A DNA stretch of 55,877 nt, from IMG/VR virus record IMGVR_UViG_3300045988_101944. One strand, 5' to 3'. Positions 27,001 through 35,827 of the stretch are shown in pieces. The position numbers and the translations under genes were made by a program. The DNA is from a virus. A model generated the notes under the pieces. It was not told the DNA's origin, searched no databases, and saw only the letters and a program-made list of their open reading frames with translations. Position 1 is the stretch's first letter. Every line of letters begins with the position of its first letter.

Positions 27001-29599
27001 TTTTCTGTGCATCTGCCGCATTATTTATACTGTCTGCCGCATTGTTGGCACTGTCTGATACATCGTCATAGGTATCTGATGTGCCACTGTCTGTTGAACC
27101 AAGACTGCTATCAAACTTTAAGCCGAACAAGTCACCGATATGTTTCATTAAATCTTTGACAGCCATTGCCATTGCGTTGAGCCACGGCAATACTTTTTGT
27201 ATGACAGGCATAAACAGCCTTGAAAGCATTAAACCGCACTGTTTGATGTTGGACTTTAACATTCTAAATTGATTTGCGGGAGAATTGATAGTCTTAGCTA
27301 AGTCGCCCCATGCTACTTTAGATTGTTGCAACATAGTGATAACACGCAAATACTCTTTCTCAGCCTGTGTCATATCAGAAACATTTTTCTTAACACCTAG
27401 CCCAAGTGCTGTTTCCTGTAATGCCGCAACTGATATGTCCATACCATATTTTTTTACAGCCATTGCCGCACCCGAAAGACCACTTGAAAAGTTTTTCATA
27501 ACGGTGTCTAATGGCATATTTGTTAATGAGGACATATCCCCAGCAAGCATTGTCATGGCTTTTGATGTTGCAATAGACGCTTCGCCCATCATTCCGACAG
27601 AGTTTGTCATTTGTGCAATCTGTGCTTCAAAGTTTGTAACCTGTGTAATATCAAGCCCAAGACTTGCCACATCAGTATCTATAAGATTCCCATTTTTATC
27701 GGGCTTATATCCTGTCATTTTGCCTGTAAGAGTTGTAAGTCTATCCTCAAAGCTATCCGCATAACTCTTAGCATCATCATAGCCGTATTTTTTGTAATTG
27801 CCTTTATTTTCCTGTGCAATCTTATCTATTGCCTTTTGAAAATAGTTGTATTCCTCGACATAGTCACTTGATATGCCAAGAACTTTACCAAGTGCACCAG
27901 CAACCCTCGACAGCATCATGTACTTGAAATACAGCCTTGCAACTGAATTTCCTAATTTACTAATTTGACCGAGTGCAAGTTTTAAAGGCGATTTCATGTT
28001 ACGGACATTCTTAGCAAAATTCAATGTTGCCGCACCAGCATTTTTAATCTTACTGATAAAATTAGAAAAACCTGTTGCCGCACTCTTTAATGTACTGCCA
28101 AAACTTCTTGTCGAGTTTTCACTTTCTGTCAGTCTAGCTTTGTACTCTGCAAGTTCTTTTTCGGCTTGATTAAGTTGCTGATACAGTTTATCAAAATTTG
28201 TATCACCGAAGCCAATACCTCTATTTCTCATTTGCTCTATAGCAAGATTTAATTTCTTTATCTTTGTTTCGAGGTTGTCCGTTGATTTAATGTCGGTATC
28301 AAGTCCTAATGCTTTTTGATTTAAAGCCGCTTTATACCGCCTTGCTTCATCTTCTAACTTGATTAAAGCCATTTTGGCAGTGTCCCATTCAGAAGTCCCC
28401 ATGCCCTTGCCACTAGCTTGTATATTAGCAAGATTGATTTTAGCCTGTGAAATCCGCTCGTCATAGCCTTGCAAAGCACTGCTTGCACCTGTGATTTTTA
28501 TTCTCTGCTTATCTAATTCTTCTCTAACTCGTCCAAGTTGATAAATTGTTTCGTTATAATCAGTACTTCCGTATAGTCCTTTTCCAGCAAGTTGATTTGA
28601 TTTTTGTACTAATTTGCTTTCTTCTGCTTCAAGTTCCTTAATGGATTTGACATTTAAACCAAGGTCGGCAGCCGCTTCTTTTAAGGTATTTTCATACCAC
28701 TTAGCTTCTGCCACAACTTTTCGCAATGCAATACTAGCATTATTCCATTCCTCAGTACCCATGCCTTTGCCACTTTTTTCGACTGCTTTAAGGTCGGCTG
28801 TGGCTTTCTTTATTCTTTCGTCATATCCCTCTAATGCTCCTGCTGTTCCCTCTCGAGACTGTTTTAATGCTTTAAGAAGTTCTGCTTGACTATCCCAACC
28901 TGTGTGTTTAGGCAATGTGTCTGATGATATTTTTTCCATATTTTTTTGATATGTTTCAGCCGCCTTTTTCATTTCACTCTCAGGTGGTATCATCATGGCA
29001 GTTTTGTTTTCTTGATTTGCCTTTGCATTTTCTCTTTCAAAAAATTGTGCCTTGCTTGCCTGTTCTGCTTTTTGAACTTCTGTAATTTTAGATTTAAGTG
29101 TGTCAAGTTGGTTTATGGTTGACTGTATGTTACGCTCTAATTTAACAAACTTTTCATCACCTGTACTTGCTTTGCCTAAATCAAGTGCTGCGTTTTCTTT
29201 TGCAAAGAGTTTTGAAAGACTGTTAGATAATCTGTCGTATTGCTTTTCAAGTTGTTTTGTTGACCCAGTAAATCTTATATCTTTGTCTGCATTTTCAAAT
29301 CGTTTCTGTAATTCTGCAATAGCTTCTAAACCTTGCTTAACATCGACTTTAACCTCAGTCTTTGTTTTCTTCTTACCGACATTGTCTACAGTTTTTCCTA
29401 AGTCCTCTACCTCTTTAGTGACAATTTTCAAGCCACCGACTTTAGCAAGATTTTCAAGGTTTTTGCTGATGGAAGTAGTGTTTATACCGCCAAGTGCTTT
29501 TGAAAAACTCTGTAATTTACCTATAAGGCTGTCAAGTGCTTTTTCTGCCGACTGTGCTTCTGCCGATACTTTCAGTTCTAAACTATCTAATTCCATCAA
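24035..29599 (-). CDS. Tape measure protein
   Basis: 1854 aa, largely alpha-helical with internal repeats, located between the tail chaperones and the distal tail genes. Confidence 0.9.
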   Translation of the reverse strand: MMELDSLELKVSAEAQSAEKALDSLIGKLQSFSKALGGINTTSISKNLENLAKVGGLKIVTKEVEDLGKTVDNVGKKKTKTEVKVDVKQGLEAIAELQKRFENADKDIRFTGSTKQLEKQYDRLSNSLSKLFAKENAALDLGKASTGDEKFVKLERNIQSTINQLDTLKSKITEVQKAEQASKAQFFERENAKANQENKTAMMIPPESEMKKAAETYQKNMEKISSDTLPKHTGWDSQAELLKALKQSREGTAGALEGYDERIKKATADLKAVEKSGKGMGTEEWNNASIALRKVVAEAKWYENTLKEAAADLGLNVKSIKELEAEESKLVQKSNQLAGKGLYGSTDYNETIYQLGRVREELDKQRIKITGASSALQGYDERISQAKINLANIQASGKGMGTSEWDTAKMALIKLEDEARRYKAALNQKALGLDTDIKSTDNLETKIKKLNLAIEQMRNRGIGFGDTNFDKLYQQLNQAEKELAEYKARLTESENSTRSFGSTLKSAATGFSNFISKIKNAGAATLNFAKNVRNMKSPLKLALGQISKLGNSVARLYFKYMMLSRVAGALGKVLGISSDYVEEYNYFQKAIDKIAQENKGNYKKYGYDDAKSYADSFEDRLTTLTGKMTGYKPDKNGNLIDTDVASLGLDITQVTNFEAQIAQMTNSVGMMGEASIATSKAMTMLAGDMSSLTNMPLDTVMKNFSSGLSGAAMAVKKYGMDISVAALQETALGLGVKKNVSDMTQAEKEYLRVITMLQQSKVAWGDLAKTINSPANQFRMLKSNIKQCGLMLSRLFMPVIQKVLPWLNAMAMAVKDLMKHIGDLFGLKFDSSLGSTDSGTSDTYDDVSDSANNAADSINNAADAQKKFNKQLQGFDKLNNLTTNETSKKDSDKDKNGTGDVSGVLSDALINAVEDYEKRWNKAFKSMTSDADKLKEKIEKLFTTAWDTGDGTEIGEALATTLNKGIDWVNENTSKWAKGLKKITSIMGTSLNGFVEKFKWKGLGKAIGNSIKGVLEAETNFFETVNWVNLGKGLSKTLNSAIKTGVLQSYFKSMASKLRAAIETAFGAITTFDFKGLGKALGQGINDFFKTMNKKNKQTGLSGWQELGKSLSDGIKGIADSITTALDTVDWEQVGQAIADFIGSIDWGGVIWSLGKMAKSLVKAIGTTITAQTKEDPVSGIITIGILGFTLRKGWKKLLAILLGSKIGKSKLSVGLSRVFAVIKAWSISKISKAAKALATKIKSGIGKIVVTFKNVYASIKNWIANGAKISDVIKAVKTALGIQKGLTLSNIAVKIATKLPTLANPDMAADELARNIDEWFTNKIWKPLCKKVSWLDENSPMGVFQVPVKLAIKIGTTIKDFFGDTWDDTTAMTSGIDVGNDMANGVLKGFANALVYPANFLYNLIVKPVKEALGIHSPSTVFKEIAGFCVDGFMNNFNLKDKIKEKLQNLGKATIELGLKIKGSFDDKAKEIKEWWNGKKEKVKTLMAKAKGEITKKFEAVKEAWGKVKEGVKSLWAKAKATVEGAFNKVVEGWNNIKEGVKNLWAKAKGKIEATFNEAQQAWSDFKEGTKNIFVRAKGVVEDGFEKVSEAWGKIKGGTKEFWAKAKATISNKFDELSEKWGKIKSKDAIVTAKATIKDGVDKLGSIWKSVKTKTATLTGRAEEKTKDVFKSIKDKWKELTSKTAVLTATFKDMFTAPLKKAWNAIASAINKGIKTINKIPGVSIPSVPKLAKGGIFENGSWHNIAKYANGGMPNMGQLFVAREKGPELVSTLKGHTAVMNNDQIVASVSQGVSDAVYNVMTPVLTSLVTSINRMNSSGTPLYVEGVSEGDIVKITQNANSNYKKRYGKPLFT

Positions 29600-29614
29600 A
29601 TCACCTCATTCTGA

Positions 29615-30307
29615 TTAAATCTCTTTTACTTTTTCAAGACTTATCCAATATCCGTTGTCAGTAAGTCCCCAATTCCCATTGAGTTTGACAATCTTAACTT
29701 TTGTTCCTTTTTTTGCAGTACCTTTTTTATTTACTGCCCCCAGCTTCGGTTTACTTCTTAATGCCGCATCTTTTGTAACAACCGCCGTAAACTTATAGCC
29801 TGCTGTTATAAAACGCTTAAATTCAGTCCATTTCTCATTACCACTACCTGTAAAAGGTGCTGGACAATCTTTTCCGTTTACATCCCAATGTCTGATAATT
29901 GTTTTTGCATTAGGGCACTTACTTTGAATGTATTTAACAAGTTTTCTTGTCGCATACATCTGTTCCCAGTTTGTTTTTAAGCACATATCACACAATTCAA
30001 TAGACACCGAGTTTGCGTTTGTGCATTTGCCAAAATAAGCCGCTTCGCCTTTTCTTCCACTTCTGTAATCTCTGCCTACCGCCCAAGCTGTACGGTTCAT
30101 TGCTATTGACTTGCCAACTTTTCCTTTTTTATCAACAAAGAAATGCGCTCCCGTTTCTTTTTCATTAACATTTACAAAATAATCAAGATTATTCTGTGCT
30201 GTATCTCCCTCATTGCTTGTGTAATGTATGACAATGTATTTGATATTACTTAATGGTCTTTTATTTCCATAACTAATGCTTTTTGCATATTTTGTAGTCA
30301 TTTTCAT
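29615..30307 (-). CDS. N-acetylmuramoyl-L-alanine amidase (Amidase_2/PGRP type) with a C-terminal SH3b-like domain
   Basis: Contains KYIVIHYTSNEGDTAQNNLDYF...AHFFVD...NSVSIELC...IIRHWDVNGKDCPAPF. Confidence 0.85.
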   Translation of the reverse strand: MKMTTKYAKSISYGNKRPLSNIKYIVIHYTSNEGDTAQNNLDYFVNVNEKETGAHFFVDKKGKVGKSIAMNRTAWAVGRDYRSGRKGEAAYFGKCTNANSVSIELCDMCLKTNWEQMYATRKLVKYIQSKCPNAKTIIRHWDVNGKDCPAPFTGSGNEKWTEFKRFITAGYKFTAVVTKDAALRSKPKLGAVNKKGTAKKGTKVKIVKLNGNWGLTDNGYWISLEKVKEI

Positions 30308-30351
30308 TGATTATCACCTCAAAAATAAAAGAGGAACGGCAAATAAAATTG

Positions 30352-30690
30352 CTATTCCTCTTTTTCTATTTTATCTAATTCTGCATTAGCAAATGTAGCA
30401 AACAATCTTGCTGCAAATAATTCTCTTTGCTTCTGCAGGTCTGATTTTGGCTTTTCGCCGTTTTCATTATTATTATTTTCCTGTAAAGGATTTTTAGGGT
30501 AACTTCCTCCCCCAAAAGTACAGGCTATTGCTTTAACGACATAATGACCGTTGAGCCATGAAAGATATTCAGATACTTTTATTTTCTCTTGTTCTTGTTC
30601 CGTATATGCCTTTATGTGCATCTCAATGGCTTTCGGGGTCATATGCATAGCTTCTTTATATGTCAATCCTGCCTTTATCGCATTTGGCAA
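30352..30690 (-). CDS. Tail assembly chaperone, T-like part (possibly expressed by a -1 frameshift from 30720..31172)
   Basis: Its frame stays open upstream through the 3' end of the preceding gene. It lies before the amidase and tape measure. Confidence 0.5.
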   Translation of the reverse strand: MPNAIKAGLTYKEAMHMTPKAIEMHIKAYTEQEQEKIKVSEYLSWLNGHYVVKAIACTFGGGSYPKNPLQENNNNENGEKPKSDLQKQRELFAARLFATFANAELDKIEKEE

Positions 30691-30719
30691 GATATTTTTT
30701 TCAATATTTTCTTTGAAAC

Positions 30720-31172
30720 TTAATTTTTCTTCAAATGGTCTTGTGGAACTTTCGGAGTTTTCTTCGGTTCTTCTTCCTCGGTCTGTATCATGTCGTTCAG
30801 ACCTATCAAGTCTAAAAAACCATCTTCTGCCATCTGTCCCATAATCATTTCCATAACAGCATAGAAGTTTGTTTTATTTTCACTTATATACTGTTTTAAC
30901 AATACCTTTGCATCTTCTATTGATGTTACTGTTCCGTCACTATCCGAACCTGTTCCGTGGTGTTCTAACAGTCCTGCATAGAACATATGTAATGTTGTTT
31001 GTGGAACATTTGACATTCCTTTAATTATATTTTTAATCTTGTCATTCTCGTTTTCTGCATCTGTTGATGATATAAGTTCTAATAACTTTTCTGTGCTGTC
31101 AGGATAAAGTGATGCTTCTAATGAGTATTCAAGTTTATAGTCCTTTTTATTGATGTTTATAATTTTATACAT
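30720..31172 (-). CDS. Tail assembly chaperone (G-like)
   Basis: 150 aa acidic protein directly after the major tail gene. Confidence 0.55.
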   Translation of the reverse strand: MYKIININKKDYKLEYSLEASLYPDSTEKLLELISSTDAENENDKIKNIIKGMSNVPQTTLHMFYAGLLEHHGTGSDSDGTVTSIEDAKVLLKQYISENKTNFYAVMEMIMGQMAEDGFLDLIGLNDMIQTEEEEPKKTPKVPQDHLKKN

Positions 31173-31197
31173 ATTATTTCCCTTTCCCTTACATTTG

Positions 31198-31227
31198 TAA
31201 GAAAGGGGGCAGTCCTAAGACCGCCCC
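31198..31227 (-). terminator. Stem-loop terminator or attenuator downstream of the major tail gene
   Basis: The minus strand has the hairpin GGGGCGGTC-TTAG-GACTGCCCC (9 bp including one G.U) followed by CTTTCTT. Confidence 0.5.
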
Positions 31228-31344
31228 GCTTTTAATCATTTAATCAATTTTGCTATTTTTAAATTGTTTCATCTTTATCGTATGAGTAGTCGGCTGTTTT
31301 AGATTTGCTATCCGACACAGCCTTTGTCTCAGCCGAATAGCTTT

Positions 31345-31821
31345 TTATTCCCCCGGTGTAAAGTCTACCTTTGTATCAGGGTCTTTTTTCTCAACAATAG
31401 TTAAGTTCATCTCAACTGTTAAGATTTCATTCTGCCCGATTTCCGGCTGAGGGATGCTTTCCGGTGGCTCTGCGATAACAAATAACGCTTTAGTAATGCC
31501 CGGAATGATAGTTTCAAACCACATCTGTTTCCCGCCTGTCAACGCTTTATACGCCTTTATAAGAGCTTCCCACTCTTTTTCGGTATCATCCGTAAAGTTT
31601 ACCGTTACTGCAAAAGACCCACCAGTATCGGCACGACCTTTGACATATTTTGTCGTGTAATCTTCAAGTGCTGATGCGTCTATTTGCTCCGGCTCAATAT
31701 TGATACCGCCGATTGCATTTATTCTTGTAAGCTGTTTAAAAGCTGTCGGCTTTTCTCCGGCTGTCGCTTCTACACCATAACCAAAAGTAATACCGAGTGT
31801 CGAAATTCCGGCTGCTGCCAT
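31345..31821 (-). CDS. Major tail (tube) protein
   Basis: Start moved to the ATG at 31821 after AAGTGAGG. 158 aa. Position and size fit a siphovirus tube protein. Confidence 0.6.
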   Translation of the reverse strand: MAAAGISTLGITFGYGVEATAGEKPTAFKQLTRINAIGGINIEPEQIDASALEDYTTKYVKGRADTGGSFAVTVNFTDDTEKEWEALIKAYKALTGGKQMWFETIIPGITKALFVIAEPPESIPQPEIGQNEILTVEMNLTIVEKKDPDTKVDFTPGE

Positions 31822-31891
31822 ATTTACCTCACTTTCTTCTGCTAATTTTATGCAGTTAGCGAACATTTCTAATAAATGTCCGGTCAATAAG

Positions 31892-32308
31892 TTACAATCT
31901 GTCATTTGCCGCAACTACCCTTGATACTCTGAAAGTTGCCGACCTGACTTTGTTTGAAATACCATAGACGATGCTTGTTACTTCAAATCTTTTATCTTTA
32001 AAAAATAAAACGGCATATGCCGCTATATTTTCTAAATCACTTCTATTTCCTTTAAATGTTATTGTTATCTGAAAAATAGGTCTTATTGCGTTTATTAACT
32101 GTCCGTCAAGTGTTTTGCCTACTTCTGTAAATGAAATTTGTTGAAATAACACTGTAGGAAACACCGCTACTCCCTCTAATTCTTCATCTTGTGTAATATT
32201 AAGGTTTTTATATTTTGTTCCATACTCTTTTTTTAGGTTGTATGAAAACAAGCTATAAAGAGTATTCTTAAATTCTAAAGCCCATGAACTTGATTTATCC
32301 ATTTCCAA
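31892..32308 (-). CDS. Tail completion / tail terminator-position protein
   Basis: 138 aa. The call rests on position only. Confidence 0.4.
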   Translation of the reverse strand: MEMDKSSSWALEFKNTLYSLFSYNLKKEYGTKYKNLNITQDEELEGVAVFPTVLFQQISFTEVGKTLDGQLINAIRPIFQITITFKGNRSDLENIAAYAVLFFKDKRFEVTSIVYGISNKVRSATFRVSRVVAANDRL

Positions 32309-32843
32309 ATACTCTCCTTGCTACTGATACATAATCAGCTATAATCTTTTCATATGCCTTTAAAACAGGCATTGTTGCTTCAACACCATGCGTCATTACA
32401 AGTGCTCCTGTTTCGTCATAATATCCCCACACTTTCTGAACACCATGACCGACACCGTATGAGCCAATTAAAAAGCCAAATTCCTGCCCTTTTGGATGTG
32501 GGCTTGTTCCTGCTTCGCCGTTGTAATAAACACCAGCTCCAAACTCAATAAAAAGAATTTCTTCACCCTCAACAACAAGATTTGCTTGTGAATAACTTCC
32601 AAAATTATTAAGTTTTACATAAGTATAATGTTCGGTGTTAGAACCACTCCTAATCCCTTTGCTGTCAAAGGTATAACTTGCGTCAGCGACATTTGTTTCT
32701 ATAACAGGTATGCCAATATTCGCAAGTGCCTTTACAAGTTCTGTAGTTTTGTTTCTAAGCCATTGTTTGTACTGTCTAAGCTGTTTTAAAGCCTTTTCTA
32801 CAGACTTTTGAGACAATCCCAGTGTTATTGTTTGCTTTGCCAT
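32295..32843 (-). CDS. HK97 gp10-like head-tail joining protein (tentative)
   Basis: 182 aa. The call rests on position in the head-tail module. Confidence 0.35.
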   Translation of the reverse strand: MAKQTITLGLSQKSVEKALKQLRQYKQWLRNKTTELVKALANIGIPVIETNVADASYTFDSKGIRSGSNTEHYTYVKLNNFGSYSQANLVVEGEEILFIEFGAGVYYNGEAGTSPHPKGQEFGFLIGSYGVGHGVQKVWGYYDETGALVMTHGVEATMPVLKAYEKIIADYVSVARRVFGNG

Positions 32844-33019
32844 TGTTTTACCACTCTCTCAACAGTATCTTTTACGCTTTCAGCAAGGCTTTGTACGATT
32901 TTGTCACTATCCGCTGTGCATGTTGTTTCCGGTGACATTGTCCCCACTAACTCTGGTGTGTTGTCTGTAAGCATCCAAAAATACCCTTCATTAAATCCGC
33001 CAGTTTCATATTTTTTCAT
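32825..33019 (-). CDS. Small hypothetical structural-module protein
   Basis: 64 aa track ORF. Confidence 0.35.
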   Translation of the reverse strand: MKKYETGGFNEGYFWMLTDNTPELVGTMSPETTCTADSDKIVQSLAESVKDTVERVVKQWQSKQ

Positions 33020-33030
33020 AATTCACCTAC

Positions 33031-33459
33031 CTACTTTACAACTGCTTTAAGCACATATTTTGTTGACTTTAAAGCCGGTTTAACTCCAACCACAGTAAAA
33101 TCTGCCGATGTTTCGTCAACTATTTCTGTATCTTCGTCAATGTAAGTTACTTCACTATCAAGCCATATTAAGTCACCTTTTTTTAAAGGGAACTCGTTTT
33201 TATCTGTCAACATTATTGCGTCATAGTCGGCGGCATCAAAGCCGAACTCTTCTGTTTTAGCTTCGCCGCCACTGAACGCTATGTTTGCTCTAAAATTGAC
33301 AGGTTTTGAAAAACCGACTTTTTCCTCTGCAATCAGAGGGATTTTGTTTCCGTCGCTATCTATATAGTATTTGATGTTTCCATCATCGTCTCTTTCGTAA
33401 ATTGTGATGCGTGCCCCTTGCTGTGAATACTTCATTGACTGCTTGTTTATATCAAGCAT
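33031..33459 (-). CDS. Putative head closure / adaptor protein
   Basis: 142 aa. The call rests on position only. Confidence 0.35.
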   Translation of the reverse strand: MLDINKQSMKYSQQGARITIYERDDDGNIKYYIDSDGNKIPLIAEEKVGFSKPVNFRANIAFSGGEAKTEEFGFDAADYDAIMLTDKNEFPLKKGDLIWLDSEVTYIDEDTEIVDETSADFTVVGVKPALKSTKYVLKAVVK

Positions 33460-33676
33460 TTGTTTCTACCTCAGGAAGTCCTGTTACAGATGTTAAAATA
33501 CTTACAACTCCTGCAAGAACCGCTGATGAAACAACCACTTTCCAATCGACCGAACTTACAACAGTGCTTGCACCGATAACTCCGACCGCTGTTTGTGCAA
33601 CTGTTTTAATTGCTCTAACTGCCGCCGCCTTAGTCCACTGTTTCCAATCTCTCATAAAACAATCACTCCTTTTCAT
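33452..33676 (-). CDS. Holin (r1t-holin-like)
   Basis: 74 aa. KAAAVRAIKTVAQTAVGVIGAS...DWKVVVSSAVLAGVVSILTSV gives two transmembrane helices. Confidence 0.5.
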   Translation of the reverse strand: MKRSDCFMRDWKQWTKAAAVRAIKTVAQTAVGVIGASTVVSSVDWKVVVSSAVLAGVVSILTSVTGLPEVETNA

Positions 33677-33968
33677 CGTTTATACGAACTTCCAAGCCAT
33701 CAAGCCTATGGTGTGCTGAACTTGTACTTTGTTCAACCTTTGTAATTCTACTTTCATGGTCTGCTAATTCTTTTCGCATTTCTGAACGCTCGCTTTTTAA
33801 TTCGTTAATCAGTTCCAAGATACTATCTAACTTCATATTGATACGGGTGTTTTCTTTGACCCGTTCTTCGATTTCTTTTGTATCTGTCCGTTTGTTGTTT
33901 TTTAATCCAAAATAGACGGAAAAAGTAACGGATATGACACTTATAAGAATTGCAACTTCTATTTGCAT
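33663..33968 (-). CDS. N-terminally membrane-anchored coiled-coil protein (holin partner?)
   Basis: Start at the ATG at 33968. MQIEVAILISVISVTFSVYFGL is followed by a long coiled coil. Confidence 0.45.
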   Translation of the reverse strand: MQIEVAILISVISVTFSVYFGLKNNKRTDTKEIEERVKENTRINMKLDSILELINELKSERSEMRKELADHESRITKVEQSTSSAHHRLDGLEVRINDEKE

Positions 33969-34081
33969 CCTATACCGCCTTTCTATAATTTGGCACACTG
34001 CCCACCACCCTTACTGTGTGCCGCCTGCTACCATTTTCGTAACCTCACGAATATGGTAACGCACATTCTTCTTTTTAATGT

Positions 34082-34474
34082 TTATAACATTTTTACAAAA
34101 GGAAATACCCCAACAAATAAGCTGTCTCTGTCTTTCCAAGTTCGACTTACGCCATTTTCACCATAGCTTGCCATAAATGCTTCACCAGCCTGTGAATGGT
34201 CGTACACAACAAGATTTACGATAACTCCCTCAAACTGTTTTAAGTCCTCTGTTATCATTTCTTCTGTGTAGCTGTCGGGGTAATTTCTTCTGTTCTTGAC
34301 ATCTTCTGTAGCCTGTTTAATAAGCTGTTCAATAAACAAATTATCCTCTTTGTTGTCAAACACAACTACATCTTTTGTTGTATCATCTTCATTTGTGACA
34401 GTCTCTATATGAAATTGTTTAAGTCTGATTTTTACTTGTGCTAAAATCGTATATTCTGCTTTGTTCAATTCCAT
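34082..34474 (-). CDS. Head-tail connector (gp6-like)
   Basis: 130 aa, located after the capsid and a small decoration-position gene. Confidence 0.45.
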   Translation of the reverse strand: MELNKAEYTILAQVKIRLKQFHIETVTNEDDTTKDVVVFDNKEDNLFIEQLIKQATEDVKNRRNYPDSYTEEMITEDLKQFEGVIVNLVVYDHSQAGEAFMASYGENGVSRTWKDRDSLFVGVFPFVKML

Positions 34475-34485
34475 ACAGATACCTC

Positions 34486-34764
34486 CTACAAATTGAATTT
34501 CTCGATTAACATACTTTTCAAATCAGCACCGCTAAAACTGTCAGCATCTACAATACCGTTTTCAGATGCAAGTGCCTGTAAGTCCGCTGTTGGCATACGC
34601 TTAATAGCTGTCTTTGTGTAATCGTTTGTAGGTTGAGTAGGGAACTTGTCCTGCTCTTCCTCATACTTAAGCTCATCTCCATAAACAGCTTCCTGTCTTA
34701 CATTGTCTGTTGTTACTTCTTCGCTCTGCTTTGCGGCGTTGATTTTATGTCGTCTTAATAACAT
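34486..34764 (-). CDS. Small head-associated protein
   Basis: 92 aa, immediately downstream of the major capsid gene. Confidence 0.4.
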   Translation of the reverse strand: MLLRRHKINAAKQSEEVTTDNVRQEAVYGDELKYEEEQDKFPTQPTNDYTKTAIKRMPTADLQALASENGIVDADSFSGADLKSMLIEKFNL

Positions 34765-34775
34765 ATAAGCACCTC

Positions 34776-35807
34776 TTACTTTCCGAACTTAGCAAGAACA
34801 ACCTTTGAATCATTGCTTAAGACTGCTGTATAGTGCTCATCACCAGAGATAACAGTTGTCTTTGCAAGAATATCTCTGTCCGATTCAATCTCAACGCTTC
34901 TCTTCATATAGATTGTAAGTGCGTTCTCTTCCTCTGATACGCCATCTGCACCTGCGTCCTCGTTAGGGTCTTCTGCTGATACGATAACAATAGGGCAAGC
35001 GTAGAACTCTGTTGTAACAGCCTTTAACTTGCTACCTACCTTGATTTCCTTGTCCTTTGACTTAAGTGTATGTGCAAGTGCTGTGTCAAGATGAACATTA
35101 GTTGAATCCTCGCTTGTTGTATCAGCTACAACATTGATTGTTCCTGTTGAATCATCAAGCTCATACTTAACCAGCTTAACTTTCTTAGACTTAACAACCT
35201 GTGCTCCTGCAATAGAACCGATAGTGCCATTCATAATTACATTAAGTGGGTACTTGTCATTGCTCTTGAAATCATCGTCATTAAGCAATGTGGCTTCCTG
35301 TGCTGGATTGATGAACAATATCTTCGTAAGCGATGAATCTGATTCATCATCAAATTTGCTATTAGCTGCTACAACTGCTGAATAGCTGATAGGTGCTGCT
35401 GTTCCATTGTAATCAATAGGTGCTGTGCAAAGTGCGTCATAGCTGTCATTATCAACCTTTGCAGCGATTGACATAGCAATCTGATTAATAGCTGTACCAA
35501 GTGGGTCGCCATAACCAGATAACACTGATTCATCTGTAAGTTCTACTGCCTTACCTGCTTTCTTAACTTTTGCTTCTGTTGTAGATGTTGTAAGTACTGT
35601 TGTACCCATAGCAACACCTTCTGCTACATCTTCTGCGTCGCCAATATAAGCATACTTTGGCACAACGATTGTGCTTCCCGGTCTGCCTACAAGTGTTGTA
35701 TCAACTCTTGCGATAGGTGAGAACTTAATCTTCTTTGGCAACTTAGCTGATACCATATCAGCCATCACCTGTGGGTCTACTAAATTTGTTAACTTAGTCT
35801 GTGGCAT
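34776..35807 (-). CDS. Major capsid protein
   Basis: 343 aa. The N terminus LVDPQVMADMVSAKLPKKIKFSPIARVDTTLVGRPGSTIVVPKY resembles the N4-gp56-type capsid family. It follows the scaffold gene. Confidence 0.75.
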   Translation of the reverse strand: MPQTKLTNLVDPQVMADMVSAKLPKKIKFSPIARVDTTLVGRPGSTIVVPKYAYIGDAEDVAEGVAMGTTVLTTSTTEAKVKKAGKAVELTDESVLSGYGDPLGTAINQIAMSIAAKVDNDSYDALCTAPIDYNGTAAPISYSAVVAANSKFDDESDSSLTKILFINPAQEATLLNDDDFKSNDKYPLNVIMNGTIGSIAGAQVVKSKKVKLVKYELDDSTGTINVVADTTSEDSTNVHLDTALAHTLKSKDKEIKVGSKLKAVTTEFYACPIVIVSAEDPNEDAGADGVSEEENALTIYMKRSVEIESDRDILAKTTVISGDEHYTAVLSNDSKVVLAKFGK

Positions 35808-35827
35808 AGTTTATTTACCTCCATTTT

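Noticed and set aside
24363-29618. Numerous plus-strand ORFs of 60-300 aa antisense to the tape measure gene, with similar antisense ORFs across the portal, terminase and capsid genes.
   Set aside because: They lie entirely within long, well-supported minus-strand genes. Their Leu/Phe/Ser-rich composition is typical of the antisense of A-rich coding sequence. They have no RBS or operon context.
33663-33998. Calling this ORF an XhlA haemolysin-family protein.
   Set aside because: As I recall, XhlA has an N-terminal coiled coil and a C-terminal transmembrane helix. This protein has the opposite topology, so only a generic membrane-anchored coiled-coil call is justified.
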